A stretch of 64,000 nt of DNA from positions 1-64,000 of IMG/VR virus record IMGVR_UViG_3300034134_000022; one strand, given 5' to 3'. The translations under genes and the position numbers were made by a program. Source of the DNA: a virus. The notes below the pieces were generated by a model, which made no database searches, had not been told where the DNA came from, and saw nothing but the letters and a program-made list of their open reading frames with translations. This document shows, one piece after another, positions 27,201-35,711 of this stretch. Positions within the stretch are counted from its first letter, which is position 1. Every line of letters starts with the position of its first letter.

Positions 27201-28334
27201 CCTGACGATGCGATTGCCTACTACTACAACAATGGCAACGGTAGAGCTTATTCAAGCAGTGCCGTTCCAGCGACTGGTGGGGGAAGTGTCGATCGCTCAA
27301 CCTTAAATCCAATCACCTACACGCCTACCTCTATTGGTGAGCAAGCCTATCTCTTTGGTAGCGATAACTATAACCCTAGCAAGCTGATTGATGGGAACAT
27401 CAACGACAGCGGCATGATTGCGGATGTCCCTAATGGTGGGGCGTTTGATATGCTGCTGACTGCCGCTCAACCCTTCTACCTGAATCAACTCACGATCTAC
27501 ACAGGGCAGTACAACGGCTCATACAACACACCCACACGACTCCGCATTTACGCCGATCAAGCTCTTACTACGCTCCTTTATGAGACAACTTTGACGCTCT
27601 ACTATTGGGGAGCGCAAACCAAGGATCTAAGCGCTGTGACAGCTCTCGACACGCCATTAAACGCTTATGTTGTTGTTTTAGATCAGCATCCTGGAGCCTA
27701 TATCTCGGTGCTGGAACTGCAATTATTTGGGGCTACTGCCTCTGCTGCCTCAACTGGTGGAACGGGTGGTAGTAGTGGAACGGTTGCATCTGGTCTTTAC
27801 TCGTCAACGCAGGTTGCGCCTCTAGGTTCGGCGGGAATGACCAATATCTACACAGGCTCCGTAGATGATGCCAATATCAACATCGGTGATCTCGGTTTCG
27901 ACTTCCCTTATTACGACGCGACATACCGCAACAACGTTTTCATCGGCTCAAACTCCTATGTCACGTTTGGGTTCGGCTCCAGCAATTATTCTGGGTTATC
28001 ACGCACAAACCCAGGTAGAGCATTGCATCTCGGTTCTGCCGATCGCGGCTATCAAAATGTGTTTGTCAAGGCTAGCAATGGCTCGTACAGAGTGCGCTAC
28101 GAGGGATCGCCAGGTACAAGCGGCTCTAGTTCACGCTTCTTAGAAATCACCTTCTTCCCAGATGGCACGATGATGGTAGCCAGAAGCACCCCTGACAATG
28201 GGGGCTTGTGGACTGCGACGAAGGGCGATGGAACTAGCTATACAGACTTTGCACCAACGACTGAAACATCGTTCGTCGTTCAGCCCAATGCTGACCGCAC
28301 AGCCTACACGGTGCAACCAGGCTCTTACAGCTAG
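24276..28334 (+). CDS. tail tip / host-specificity protein with LamG and galactose-binding-like domains
   Basis: 1352 aa. Four AQGQAARL modules. LamG_3 pattern: WTILTWVYF...TGTWHFLCAQY..SGTLRISRNNG. Discoidin-like stretch: SKLIDGNINDSGM...TRLRIYADQ. C-terminal FDFPYYDATYRNNVFIGSNSYVTFG module. Confidence 0.65.
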   Translation: MTINLSIRNYSLDVAGLNCTDPLVSFSGSDSKIDQSGLITFTGNLVLGRPEGIFESLDDRKNSRWSQGNPVGLLLADKAGTLRSPPRCGSLFILESSYSPKSRRLTLQLGDWLSLLKGKEPIGNASKICLGTSTSKSGLIKTLLKAAGIPSELQMIAVPGAISAPAPRLLEGSYIDQAGQVAASSGYFLYVENGVVRSRAIDAQTTTAVVRIDAGQVVDSERVAGQVPAAKLIVQAQCSITTPARDSYSAYAEQRGPALVAGVPSGADSAPVGEIVLKRTQKSDNFNRGAKTREITSQIAQCLGILLPEDPDFAGSTALSTGEYRRETHYYETNAPLTSVAGSPACQQGNQGRRLRTVIELYKLRGVVLRDVLATYPAEEVGDKTIPLLAEVEEITYRYDLGQNFQTTIGSPDDWTPTPLGDGPEITTRKFQPVGALCPNEFAYESVLTNATRMVECDRKLERWVENHQGEWEKSTQQYQSLILASSNTAEVLRSTIEDLATLVDALTALSVGEDESEFSNGGQCQPSAPTTYPAAFATTEKSVKGIAKLPANASTPYRQPEQSLSFSYLNSTSRAAAQGDATRLAKLWAPLLWGRYKAVSYTTDLADAWFGYEPLARVDAVEEDDRFAYLGDGFALAIAGMRCVVSIDGLYLGYLGADYTEPDTTPPIDVDPEDPEASYIPGAVNILPPEVVPPYVQTSSIEGAQGQAARLSYRLYTLDPLELPLQTAQGQAGQLTLSLTEPRKLQSAQGQAARLTATVILPLLKTLQSAQGEAARLSMISSSIGYTAPTSYWNLQTDGNDSAGALNLTNNGVAFGSGYGSFDGGDSLSRSNNTALQLGSGDWTILTWVYFDSLSSYTCILSKGVSGYGEYEILADPYGGGFYVSTYRAVTGGSDYVRVGNTAPATGTWHFLCAQYIASSGTLRISRNNGAFSSLVVGGPPRTLDGALTLGAQGSEYRLNGRMRYTGLFKGAVLPDDAIAYYYNNGNGRAYSSSAVPATGGGSVDRSTLNPITYTPTSIGEQAYLFGSDNYNPSKLIDGNINDSGMIADVPNGGAFDMLLTAAQPFYLNQLTIYTGQYNGSYNTPTRLRIYADQALTTLLYETTLTLYYWGAQTKDLSAVTALDTPLNAYVVVLDQHPGAYISVLELQLFGATASAASTGGTGGSSGTVASGLYSSTQVAPLGSAGMTNIYTGSVDDANINIGDLGFDFPYYDATYRNNVFIGSNSYVTFGFGSSNYSGLSRTNPGRALHLGSADRGYQNVFVKASNGSYRVRYEGSPGTSGSSSRFLEITFFPDGTMMVARSTPDNGGLWTATKGDGTSYTDFAPTTETSFVVQPNADRTAYTVQPGSYS

Positions 28335-28335
28335 T

Positions 28336-28341
28336 GGGAAC
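28336..28341 (+). promoter_or_regulatory. GGGAAC box
   Basis: GGGAACCACACAGC, 39 nt upstream of ATG 28375. The hairpin CAGCAG-N14-CTGCTG spans 28346-28371. Confidence 0.35.
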
Positions 28342-28374
28342 CACACAGCAGAAGATATTTAATCGCTGCTGAAC

Positions 28375-29076
28375 ATGGCAACCCGTACAAACGCTTGGAT
28401 TAGCTACGTTGAACAATTACTGTATCGTGGTGTGGGTGTTGCGCCTCATCCGAGCAAGTTTTACCTATGCGCTTCTGCTAGTGCAGCCCTGACCAGGGCA
28501 AGCGGCTTTGCAGACTTTATTAGAGCCGAGTTGAAGCCTGAGTTTGGTTATCAGCGGCAACAAGTTTTGTGGTCGGGCAATGGTACGTATAGCAACACTA
28601 ATCAACGTCACGAACTCCCCACAGTGACGACGACCTGGACAGCGGCAAGCGGCACATTACAATTTCAAACTGTCTTTTTGCTAGCCAATGCTCACAGCAA
28701 AGCAAGTGAGTCCTTTGCCCCTAGTAATGTTTCTGGTAGCACAATCACGATCGCAGGTAACTTGCTAGCCAATGGCGACACAGTGATTCCGGTCGCTGAT
28801 GCAGGTTCAACGCTGCCGGGGAACCTTGTCAGCAACACCGCTTACACAGCAATCAACGTCAATAGCGGCACAGGAGCATTCCAATTTTCGAGTGATGGAG
28901 TGAACCCGATTACACTCTCAAATGCAGGTTCGGGAACGTTCCAGTTGAGGTATGCGACAGGGGTTGTGGTCTTGCTGCAAGTGGAAGCCAATGCCGTTTC
29001 CTTGCAGACTGGAAGACCCGTACAGTATGACATTGACCTTGTGGGGATGAATGCAGCGTATGGCTCAGGAGTTTGA
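28375..29076 (+). CDS. tail fibre-associated protein
   Basis: 233-aa ORF in the tail-fibre block. Call is positional. Confidence 0.45.
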   Translation: MATRTNAWISYVEQLLYRGVGVAPHPSKFYLCASASAALTRASGFADFIRAELKPEFGYQRQQVLWSGNGTYSNTNQRHELPTVTTTWTAASGTLQFQTVFLLANAHSKASESFAPSNVSGSTITIAGNLLANGDTVIPVADAGSTLPGNLVSNTAYTAINVNSGTGAFQFSSDGVNPITLSNAGSGTFQLRYATGVVVLLQVEANAVSLQTGRPVQYDIDLVGMNAAYGSGV

Positions 29077-30652
29077 TGCACTGAAGTTGCTGCGACAGGA
29101 GCAAGCTGCTAACCGCGATCGGTTTGCGAGAAAGCATATTGCAACGCAACGCACGAACCTGAAGCGGCACAAGTCCTACACGTTTGTAGGGCGTGATGCT
29201 AACTCAGGGAACGCAGTGGTGTCTCAAAATGGGCAGGTTGTAAGTGCTGGTGAGATTACTTCCAACGCACTGATCAAGCCTGGTCAGAATGTGCGGGTAC
29301 TGATGGCTCCTGGTAAGGTCACGGTAAAACAGTTGCCGAAACGGGGAGTAGCGACCAAGAAGCGGAATCAGCCGGAACGCATCGCTAGGCTCAAGTGGCT
29401 CGCAATCATTCATAAAGGGAATGATCTTGAGTTTTATCTGTGTGGGGCGCGATCTGCACCAAAAAAGGTTTTCACTTTTAGGAACTTTCTTGAAACTATT
29501 CCGTTGACGATAGACCCTAGCAGCATTCATTCCTATCGACACTTTTCGACTGCGTATGCCACCCTTGATTACTCTGGCATCAGCTTCCCGTTTGACGGCG
29601 TTTTTAGCAACCTCGGAGCGGGAGAAGATCAATGGATGTATACGTTCGGGCATTCTGAGTGCTTGAGCCTCATCAATCCGCCAGGGGTAGTAGAAGAATT
29701 GATCCGGCGTAATCGCTTCTACAAACTCACGCCACAAGGGTTAACTGTTTTCTTTGAAGAAACAGTTTCGTATGGTGCAAGTCCCGCTATCGGGCAGCTT
29801 TCAGCCAAGATGTACGACTATACCAACTGTGGAAACGGCTTTTTTAGCCGTCGAATTAAGGAAAATGATTATAGGGTCTTTGCCGCAAACTACGGTATTT
29901 TAGCGGGTCGCTATCACACCTTAAACCGTTTCTCATTCATCTCTGATCAAGGCATCTCTGCACCAGAGACAGTAGTTGATGGGAAGATCACGACAGCAAG
30001 CATGGCGCTTGGAGCGTCTGAGGTGATCGAAGGTTCGATGAATTTCACGCCCAAGCTGAAGCCCCCAATCGAAAATGCTTTTGAGTACGCTCAGATTCCA
30101 GCATTCTTTTTCGATTTCAATGCTCAAGTGTGGGCGGGCACCGATATATTCCCTTCTTTTCAAATGAATCGGCAGGGTACAGCAGCATTGGCTTTCGGTC
30201 GCTATGTCAGGGCTGGAGAGCTTTGGAATACCAATTTTCTCGCTAGCTCAAAGGGGTTGGTGCAATCGCCCACAAGCGAGGATAGACTCTACAACTACAA
30301 CAACTATGGGGTAGGTTATGCCGTTGCGCCATACAACGGCGAGATAAGACGCTGGAAGTATCGGGGAGAGATGGTTTTGAAGGATCGTCTTGCACGATTT
30401 AAGGATTTCTTTGCTTGGCAAGCTGACGGTACTGGTGAGTATTGGAATAGTTCAAATCTCAATGCCCCTTTTAACCGTTTTAACGGTCGTTTTGCGGCGA
30501 AGGCAGCGCGAACAACCGCAGAAATTGAGCTTTACGATTTTGAATGGCAATTAAAACAAACCGTTAAAGTGCCCTATTACAAGCACAAACCATTTGTGCT
30601 GAAAAGCGGTGAACGAATTTGGCAGATCACCAACGCTTCTTACTCCGGTTAA
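29051..30652 (+). CDS. tail fibre / receptor-binding candidate
   Basis: 533 aa. The N-terminal ~95 aa are paralogous to the product of 30657..30941. The gene body is HIP1-free and more AT-rich. Confidence 0.5.
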   Translation: MQRMAQEFDALKLLRQEQAANRDRFARKHIATQRTNLKRHKSYTFVGRDANSGNAVVSQNGQVVSAGEITSNALIKPGQNVRVLMAPGKVTVKQLPKRGVATKKRNQPERIARLKWLAIIHKGNDLEFYLCGARSAPKKVFTFRNFLETIPLTIDPSSIHSYRHFSTAYATLDYSGISFPFDGVFSNLGAGEDQWMYTFGHSECLSLINPPGVVEELIRRNRFYKLTPQGLTVFFEETVSYGASPAIGQLSAKMYDYTNCGNGFFSRRIKENDYRVFAANYGILAGRYHTLNRFSFISDQGISAPETVVDGKITTASMALGASEVIEGSMNFTPKLKPPIENAFEYAQIPAFFFDFNAQVWAGTDIFPSFQMNRQGTAALAFGRYVRAGELWNTNFLASSKGLVQSPTSEDRLYNYNNYGVGYAVAPYNGEIRRWKYRGEMVLKDRLARFKDFFAWQADGTGEYWNSSNLNAPFNRFNGRFAAKAARTTAEIELYDFEWQLKQTVKVPYYKHKPFVLKSGERIWQITNASYSG

Positions 30653-30656
30653 AACC

Positions 30657-30941
30657 ATGAACGCATTACAACTACTACGCCAAGAGCAAGCTGACAACCG
30701 CCAACGGTTTGCACAGAAGCAGAAAGCGGCTGACGAGGCAAAGCAGGCACAGCAGCAGTATGCAGGCGCTTACTTAGGCAAGAATGCTAACAATAATGCG
30801 GGTCTAGTGCTGCTGGATGGCTCCAGCTCTCCGATCGAATGCGAGATTTTGAGCGATCGGCTGATTCCGGCAGGGCGCAGGGTAATGGTATCGCTACCTG
30901 ATGGTGCTAGTAAGGGCTTTATCGACGCGCCGACAACTTAG
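30657..30941 (+). CDS. stand-alone copy of the fibre N-terminal domain
   Basis: MNALQLLRQEQADNRQRFAQK aligns with FDALKLLRQEQAANRDRFARK of the previous gene. Start is the internal ATG of track ORF 30609..30941. Confidence 0.5.
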   Translation: MNALQLLRQEQADNRQRFAQKQKAADEAKQAQQQYAGAYLGKNANNNAGLVLLDGSSSPIECEILSDRLIPAGRRVMVSLPDGASKGFIDAPTT

Positions 30942-31053
30942 CGCCGTCGCCAGCCGTAGACCCAATCGTTAATACGAGAGGCAACGGCAAAAGGCAATAA
31001 CAAAACCCACAGAACTACTTTTAACCATTTGGGCAACTTGCGGCGTGGCATGG

Positions 31054-31059
31054 GGGAAC
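31054..31059 (+). promoter_or_regulatory. GGGAAC box
   Basis: GGGAACTCCAAGG, 37 nt upstream of ATG 31091. The hairpin GGCAT-N14-ATGCC spans 31065-31088. Confidence 0.3.
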
Positions 31060-31090
31060 TCCAAGGCATACTTTAGCGGCGGGATGCCCT

Positions 31091-31888
31091 ATGTCTTATC
31101 ATTTCAAACGACTCCTTGGCTACGGGATGTTCCCAGGGAATTTTGCACGTCCATTGCCGTCTGTTGATGGCGGTGAAGGTGGGGGGGTTGATCCTACAAC
31201 ACCACCGACGACTGACCCCACACCACCCGAAGATGTTTCAGGCTTAAAAACGGCACTGGACGCCGAACGCAAACGCGCTAAGGATGCTGATCGCACACTT
31301 AAGGCACTGCAAGAATCGGTTAAGGGTATGGACCCTGAGAAGTATAAGCAGTTTGAGGCGTTGCAGCAGCAGGCTGAGGAATGGAACCAAAAACAGATCA
31401 CCATTCGCAACGAGGTCGAAACGGAGTGGTCTGGAAAGCTGAAAGTAGAGATAGACAGGACCAAAGAATTTGAGGGCAAATACCTCAATCTGGTGAAGCG
31501 TACCGAAGCTGAGAAAGCGTTTCAAGCAGCTAAGGGGCGCAGCGGTGCGGGTGATGCCGGAATCACCTATTTTGATAGTCTGCTAGCGGTGATCGACAAG
31601 AGCTTGCGCCTAAACGATAAAGGGCAGGTGGAAGTGATTGATGCCAATGGGGCACGCCTATTCAGCAAAACGGATGCTTCCAAACCGATGACACCCAAAG
31701 AATACTTCGAGGGCTTGCGGAGCGATCCAGTATTGGGTCACTGCTTTGAACGGCAAGGACACGCCGCGGGTGGCGGAATGCCTCCTGGTAGTGGCAATGG
31801 TAATGGCTTTGGCAACAACCGCGAAGACTGGAGCAAAATGCCGCGATCGGAACGGTTGACGTTTGCTCGTCAGCAAGCAGCAGGTTAA
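31091..31888 (+). CDS. capsid scaffolding protein
   Basis: 265 aa with a charged coiled-coil centre, a Pro/Thr-rich N-terminus and a Gly-rich C-terminus. It sits directly upstream of the major capsid gene region. Confidence 0.5.
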   Translation: MSYHFKRLLGYGMFPGNFARPLPSVDGGEGGGVDPTTPPTTDPTPPEDVSGLKTALDAERKRAKDADRTLKALQESVKGMDPEKYKQFEALQQQAEEWNQKQITIRNEVETEWSGKLKVEIDRTKEFEGKYLNLVKRTEAEKAFQAAKGRSGAGDAGITYFDSLLAVIDKSLRLNDKGQVEVIDANGARLFSKTDASKPMTPKEYFEGLRSDPVLGHCFERQGHAAGGGMPPGSGNGNGFGNNREDWSKMPRSERLTFARQQAAG

Positions 31889-31899
31889 GGCTGAGGGCT

Positions 31900-32136
31900 A
31901 TGAAAAGCAATTGTTTGTTCGTAGCCCTTACCCAAAAGGCTTTGCACTGGCAAGATGTGCAGCTCAAAGTGCGCTGGGCAGTCAAAACTGAGATTCCTCA
32001 TTGCTACTGGTACGTGCGTAGCAAGGACAAGCATTTTCACTTTGCTGCTCAAGATCAACACCTCTCGAACCATCAACTGCTGTGGTTCAAGGGACGAGTC
32101 GAACGCTTCCACTGGGCAGCAAGGAATGAAGGCTGA
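31900..32136 (+). CDS. hypothetical protein
   Basis: 78-aa Trp/His-rich ORF between the scaffold and capsid genes. A competing ORF lies at 31955..32353. Confidence 0.3.
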   Translation: MKSNCLFVALTQKALHWQDVQLKVRWAVKTEIPHCYWYVRSKDKHFHFAAQDQHLSNHQLLWFKGRVERFHWAARNEG

Positions 32137-32146
32137 ATTTAAAGAG

Positions 32147-32178
32147 CCCTACTCTCTACTCCCTACTCCCCTCTCCCG
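32147..32178 (+). repeat. degenerate heptamer repeats (CCCTACT/CTCTACT/CCCTACT/CCCCTCT)
   Basis: Four to five STRR-like 7-nt units in the leader of the capsid gene. Confidence 0.7.
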
Positions 32179-32266
32179 TGGGAATACCACCAGCAAGCGC
32201 CTCGATCTACGGGATGTTTATCAGGCAAAGACCCAAAGACCCTGTGAATGGCGGGATACCACCAAC

Positions 32267-32272
32267 GGGAAC
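32267..32272 (+). promoter_or_regulatory. GGGAAC box
   Basis: GGGAACGCGCAA, 46 nt upstream of ATG 32313. Confidence 0.25.
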
Positions 32273-32312
32273 GCGCAACCAACCAACTCTCAAAATTTAC
32301 AGGTGACGACCG

Positions 32313-33248
32313 ATGAGTTTAACCCTTTTGGAAGCCGCCAAGCTGGCTCCTGACATGGGCACGGCGACGATTATTGAAGAATATGCCGCCACGTCCGACA
32401 TCCTCCAAGCAATCCCATTTCGCAATATTGAAGGTTCTGGCGAACACTACAACCGGGAAGACACGCTTCCTGGCATTGGCTTTCGCGGTATCAACGAAGG
32501 CTTTGATGCCAGCACAGGCATCCTGAACCCTCAGAGTGAAGCACTCAAGACAGCCGGTGGCGACCTGGACGTTGACCGCGCGATCGTCGATCAAAAAGGC
32601 GACCAGGAACGCTCCTCACAAGAATTGATGAAAGTCAAAGCGCTTTCCCTCGCCTGGACACGCAACTTTATCAAAGGTGACAGCCGCGCTAACCCACGGG
32701 CGTTTGACGGTTTGCAAATGCGTGTTGGTGGTTCTCAGCTAATCGCCAATGCTGCTGGTGGCGCAGCTCTAAGCTTACTCAAATTGGATGAAGCGATCGA
32801 TGCCGTGGATATGCCCACAGCGTTGATTATGAACAAGGCGATGCGTCGTCTGATGACGGCTGCTGCCCGTAATCCCAACATCTCCGGTCACGTCAATTAT
32901 GAAGTGAATCAGTTTGGTCAAAAGGTCATGTATTACCAGGGACTGCCCATCCTGATTGCTGACTACGACAACACTGGGGCAGACATCATGCCCTTCACTG
33001 AATCAAGCAACGATGGCAACAGTACGGTCTGTAGCTCCATTTATGTTGTCAGCTTTGGCGATCAAATGGTTTCCGGCATTCAGGGCAGGATCAAGGGCGT
33101 GCATGGCATCAGCGTGCGTGACCTGGGCGAACTGGAAGTTAAGCCTGCCTACCGTACCCGCGTGGAATGGGACGTTGCTATCACCGTCAAGCATGGTCGT
33201 GCAGTTTCACGTTTGAGTAGCATCACCAACGCTCCCGTCATTGTTTAA
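32313..33248 (+). CDS. major capsid protein (HK97-fold type)
   Basis: 311 aa. The N-terminus LTLLEAAKL...IIEEYA.TSDILQAIPFRNIEGSGEHYNREDTLPGIGFRGINEG is typical of a widespread siphophage capsid family. Follows the scaffold gene. Confidence 0.7.
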   Translation: MSLTLLEAAKLAPDMGTATIIEEYAATSDILQAIPFRNIEGSGEHYNREDTLPGIGFRGINEGFDASTGILNPQSEALKTAGGDLDVDRAIVDQKGDQERSSQELMKVKALSLAWTRNFIKGDSRANPRAFDGLQMRVGGSQLIANAAGGAALSLLKLDEAIDAVDMPTALIMNKAMRRLMTAAARNPNISGHVNYEVNQFGQKVMYYQGLPILIADYDNTGADIMPFTESSNDGNSTVCSSIYVVSFGDQMVSGIQGRIKGVHGISVRDLGELEVKPAYRTRVEWDVAITVKHGRAVSRLSSITNAPVIV

Positions 33249-33319
33249 GTTTTGAGTTTTGAGTTGGGTTTAGCTCCCTACTCCCTCAGCCTTTTGCCTT
33301 CATCCTTTAGGAGTCTCTA

Positions 33320-33730
33320 ATGCCTCGTTCTACCCTTCCCAACCGTCGAGCCATCGAATTCGACAAAGAGCTAGAGCTTCGCCCTTACGAAGCGACAGCC
33401 CTTGCTGCTACTGCATCCTCTACTGCTATTACCTTTCCTGGCACGAAGCAGATGTATTTCAAGAACATCATCAACCTCGCAGCGCATACGGGTTACGTGG
33501 CTGGTTCGGCTCAGTGGTCGATCGCCACTGAGTTTTCAGCGGATAACGTCACCTTTAAGCAAGTGGGTAACGCGATCGTGCTCACTGGCATTGTCAACCA
33601 GATTGAAATTGCTCTTTCTGGTGCAGCAGTTGAAGACGTTGTACCCGAAGCTGCTTTTGTGCGTGTGACGGCAACGAAGACTGGTACTCCTGGCAACCTT
33701 TCGTTTGGTGCGTTTCTCGCACCTTGTTAA
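33320..33730 (+). CDS. hypothetical head-associated protein
   Basis: 136 aa with an AGGAG RBS 8 nt upstream. Lies immediately after the capsid gene. Confidence 0.5.
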   Translation: MPRSTLPNRRAIEFDKELELRPYEATALAATASSTAITFPGTKQMYFKNIINLAAHTGYVAGSAQWSIATEFSADNVTFKQVGNAIVLTGIVNQIEIALSGAAVEDVVPEAAFVRVTATKTGTPGNLSFGAFLAPC

Positions 33731-33733
33731 GCC

Positions 33734-34081
33734 ATGCCACAACCCATTGATCCATTTCCCATTTACAAAGACGGCCAGAAAAAGGTTGTCCACGGCGTTG
33801 ATTACGCTGGCTGGGCCGATCGCGGCTGGACGTTAGAACCGGGTGAACCAATGGTGGAAACAGTGACAGAAACTCATTCTGACACCGTTCCGCCTGAACT
33901 ACCCACAGAACTAACGCCCTACGAAGTGCGTAAGGCAGAACTGGAGTCTTTGCTCAAAGAGACTCAGGGCTGGCGCAACATTGAGCGAATTGCCAAGGAA
34001 TTGGGCATCACTCAAAAACCGGCTGGTGGCTGGGATGACGCGATGCCGCTGATTCTAGAAGCGGAAGGACTCACGGCATGA
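33734..34081 (+). CDS. hypothetical protein with C-terminal helix-extended-helix (Rho_N/SAP-like) motif
   Basis: WRNIERIAKELGITQKPAGGWDDAMPLILEAEG. Confidence 0.45.
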   Translation: MPQPIDPFPIYKDGQKKVVHGVDYAGWADRGWTLEPGEPMVETVTETHSDTVPPELPTELTPYEVRKAELESLLKETQGWRNIERIAKELGITQKPAGGWDDAMPLILEAEGLTA

Positions 34082-34701
34082 TTCCGGCTGACCTCAACCT
34101 GTACATCAAGCAAGGTGCGAGCTATGTCCTCTCTGTGACGCTGTTGCAGGGGGACATGATTCGCACGACGGCGGATGTGTTGGCTGGGGTTAGTGCCTTG
34201 CCAGTGGAGCCAATCAGACAGGCGATCGCCAGTGGTAGGAAGCTGCTGCTGGGTGATGACCTGGTGCTGACATTAGCTGGGGCGGTGGACGTGGGAGCTG
34301 TATCGTTACCGATCGCCCCTACGCCGCTGCCCATTGCTAAAAAGACCAAAGGTTGGGTCTGTGCGGATCTGACGGGCTGTACAGCCAATGCCCCTATTAA
34401 GGGCAAATTGCAGACTTCCACCAGCCCCAACCAATTGGCAGCATCTTTTGACACTGACCGTTTGAGCGGGCGGGTTGACCTGGTGCTAACCCACCCACAA
34501 ACGGCTTTGCTACCTGCCAACCTTGCCTTCGGCACCGTTTTCAGCGAAGAGGATCTGCAAGCGCGGCAGCGGCAAGCGACTGACTATGACTGGGAAATGG
34601 AAATTACCTATCCCGATAATCACATTGAAAGTCCCTATAAAGGTCTGATTGTGGTCTATCCACAAATTTCCGATCCTCTCCCTGAGCCTGTCACGCCATG
34701 A
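34078..34701 (+). CDS. hypothetical structural protein
   Basis: 207 aa, ATGA overlap with the previous gene. Confidence 0.5.
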   Translation: MIPADLNLYIKQGASYVLSVTLLQGDMIRTTADVLAGVSALPVEPIRQAIASGRKLLLGDDLVLTLAGAVDVGAVSLPIAPTPLPIAKKTKGWVCADLTGCTANAPIKGKLQTSTSPNQLAASFDTDRLSGRVDLVLTHPQTALLPANLAFGTVFSEEDLQARQRQATDYDWEMEITYPDNHIESPYKGLIVVYPQISDPLPEPVTP

Positions 34702-35177
34702 CCGAAACCCTGCGACAGACAACGACTGTGATTGTGCGGCCCGTAGTGGCGATCGCGCATAGCAGCCCTGTGGCGAGGGTGACGGCAATTCATAGTGCTG
34801 TGGGGCTGCCCGCGATTGGTGGTGGCTCGAATCAAATACGCAAAATTGCAGCGGCAACGCTGAATGGACATCGGGCAGTAGCCATCCAGCCTGATGGTCG
34901 CCTTATCCACGCTGACAACCTCAATCCCGACCATCGAGACGCAACGCTAGGCATCATCGCCAGCGCCACGCCGATCGATGGCGAAGCAATTATTTACACG
35001 TTTGGCTCTCTGACCGAACCGTCTTGGCAGTGGCTACCACAACGGTTGCTCTTTCTGGGTGCCAATGGGCAGATCACACAAACGCCGCCCACGACAGGCT
35101 TTCTGCTGGTGCTTGGCAAGGCGGTTACGCCCACAGAAATTTTGATCCAACTGCAACCAACTATTCAGAGGCTTTAA
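34698..35177 (+). CDS. hypothetical structural protein
   Basis: 159 aa, ATGA overlap with the previous gene. Confidence 0.5.
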   Translation: MTETLRQTTTVIVRPVVAIAHSSPVARVTAIHSAVGLPAIGGGSNQIRKIAAATLNGHRAVAIQPDGRLIHADNLNPDHRDATLGIIASATPIDGEAIIYTFGSLTEPSWQWLPQRLLFLGANGQITQTPPTTGFLLVLGKAVTPTEILIQLQPTIQRL

Positions 35178-35180
35178 ATC

Positions 35181-35708
35181 ATGCCAGCTAAACGTTACGT
35201 GGCGATCGACAGCACAGGCGGCTTGACCGAGGTGGCGGCGACTGTTGCCAGCGCTGGTGCTGGATCGGACGGCAATCTCTTGGCGCTCGATAGTTCTGGG
35301 CGGATTGATGCCAGCGCGCTTCCCATTGGTGTGGGGCTGGATGCCGTTAGTTGCCTTGCAAGTGAGGCACTAGCAGCCGGGGCGCTGGTTAATATCTGGC
35401 TCAATACGGGCGTTGCGAGTGTGCGAAACGCTGACGCTTCAGCCGGAGTGGGCAAGATGGCACACGGTTTTGTCGCTACAGCCACTAGCTCTGGGCAAAT
35501 GGCAACAATTTTTCTAGACAGCGGGGCTGTGATCAGTGGGCTTTCGGGCTTGAGCGCTGGCGTAACTTATTTGCTGAGTGCCAGCACACCAGGCACACTC
35601 ACGGCGATCGCGCCTGCCACGGCGGGGCAGATTAGCCAGCAAATTGGCGTGGCGTTGTCTGCCACTAGCCTCAAATTTGAGCCAAAAGCGCCGATTACGA
35701 GGGCGTAA
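35181..35708 (+). CDS. tail fibre-like protein
   Basis: The N-terminal LLALDSSGRIDASALP resembles the G+IdxSLLP motif common in phage fibre proteins. Confidence 0.4.
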   Translation: MPAKRYVAIDSTGGLTEVAATVASAGAGSDGNLLALDSSGRIDASALPIGVGLDAVSCLASEALAAGALVNIWLNTGVASVRNADASAGVGKMAHGFVATATSSGQMATIFLDSGAVISGLSGLSAGVTYLLSASTPGTLTAIAPATAGQISQQIGVALSATSLKFEPKAPITRA

Positions 35709-35711
35709 GCG

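Noticed and set aside
9973-28334. Diversity-generating retroelement targeting the LamG/lectin-type tail proteins.
   Set aside because: No reverse-transcriptase ORF was seen in any frame (no YxDD-type motif noticed). I saw no template/variable repeat pair differing at adenines near the 3' ends of these genes.
30938-31051. 37-aa minus-strand ORF (MPRRKLPKWLKVVLWVLLLPFAVASRINDWVYGWRRR) in the gap before the scaffold gene.
   Set aside because: It has a plausible transmembrane helix. However, it is very short, antisense to the late operon, overlaps the GGGAAC box region, and has no RBS or promoter that I can see.
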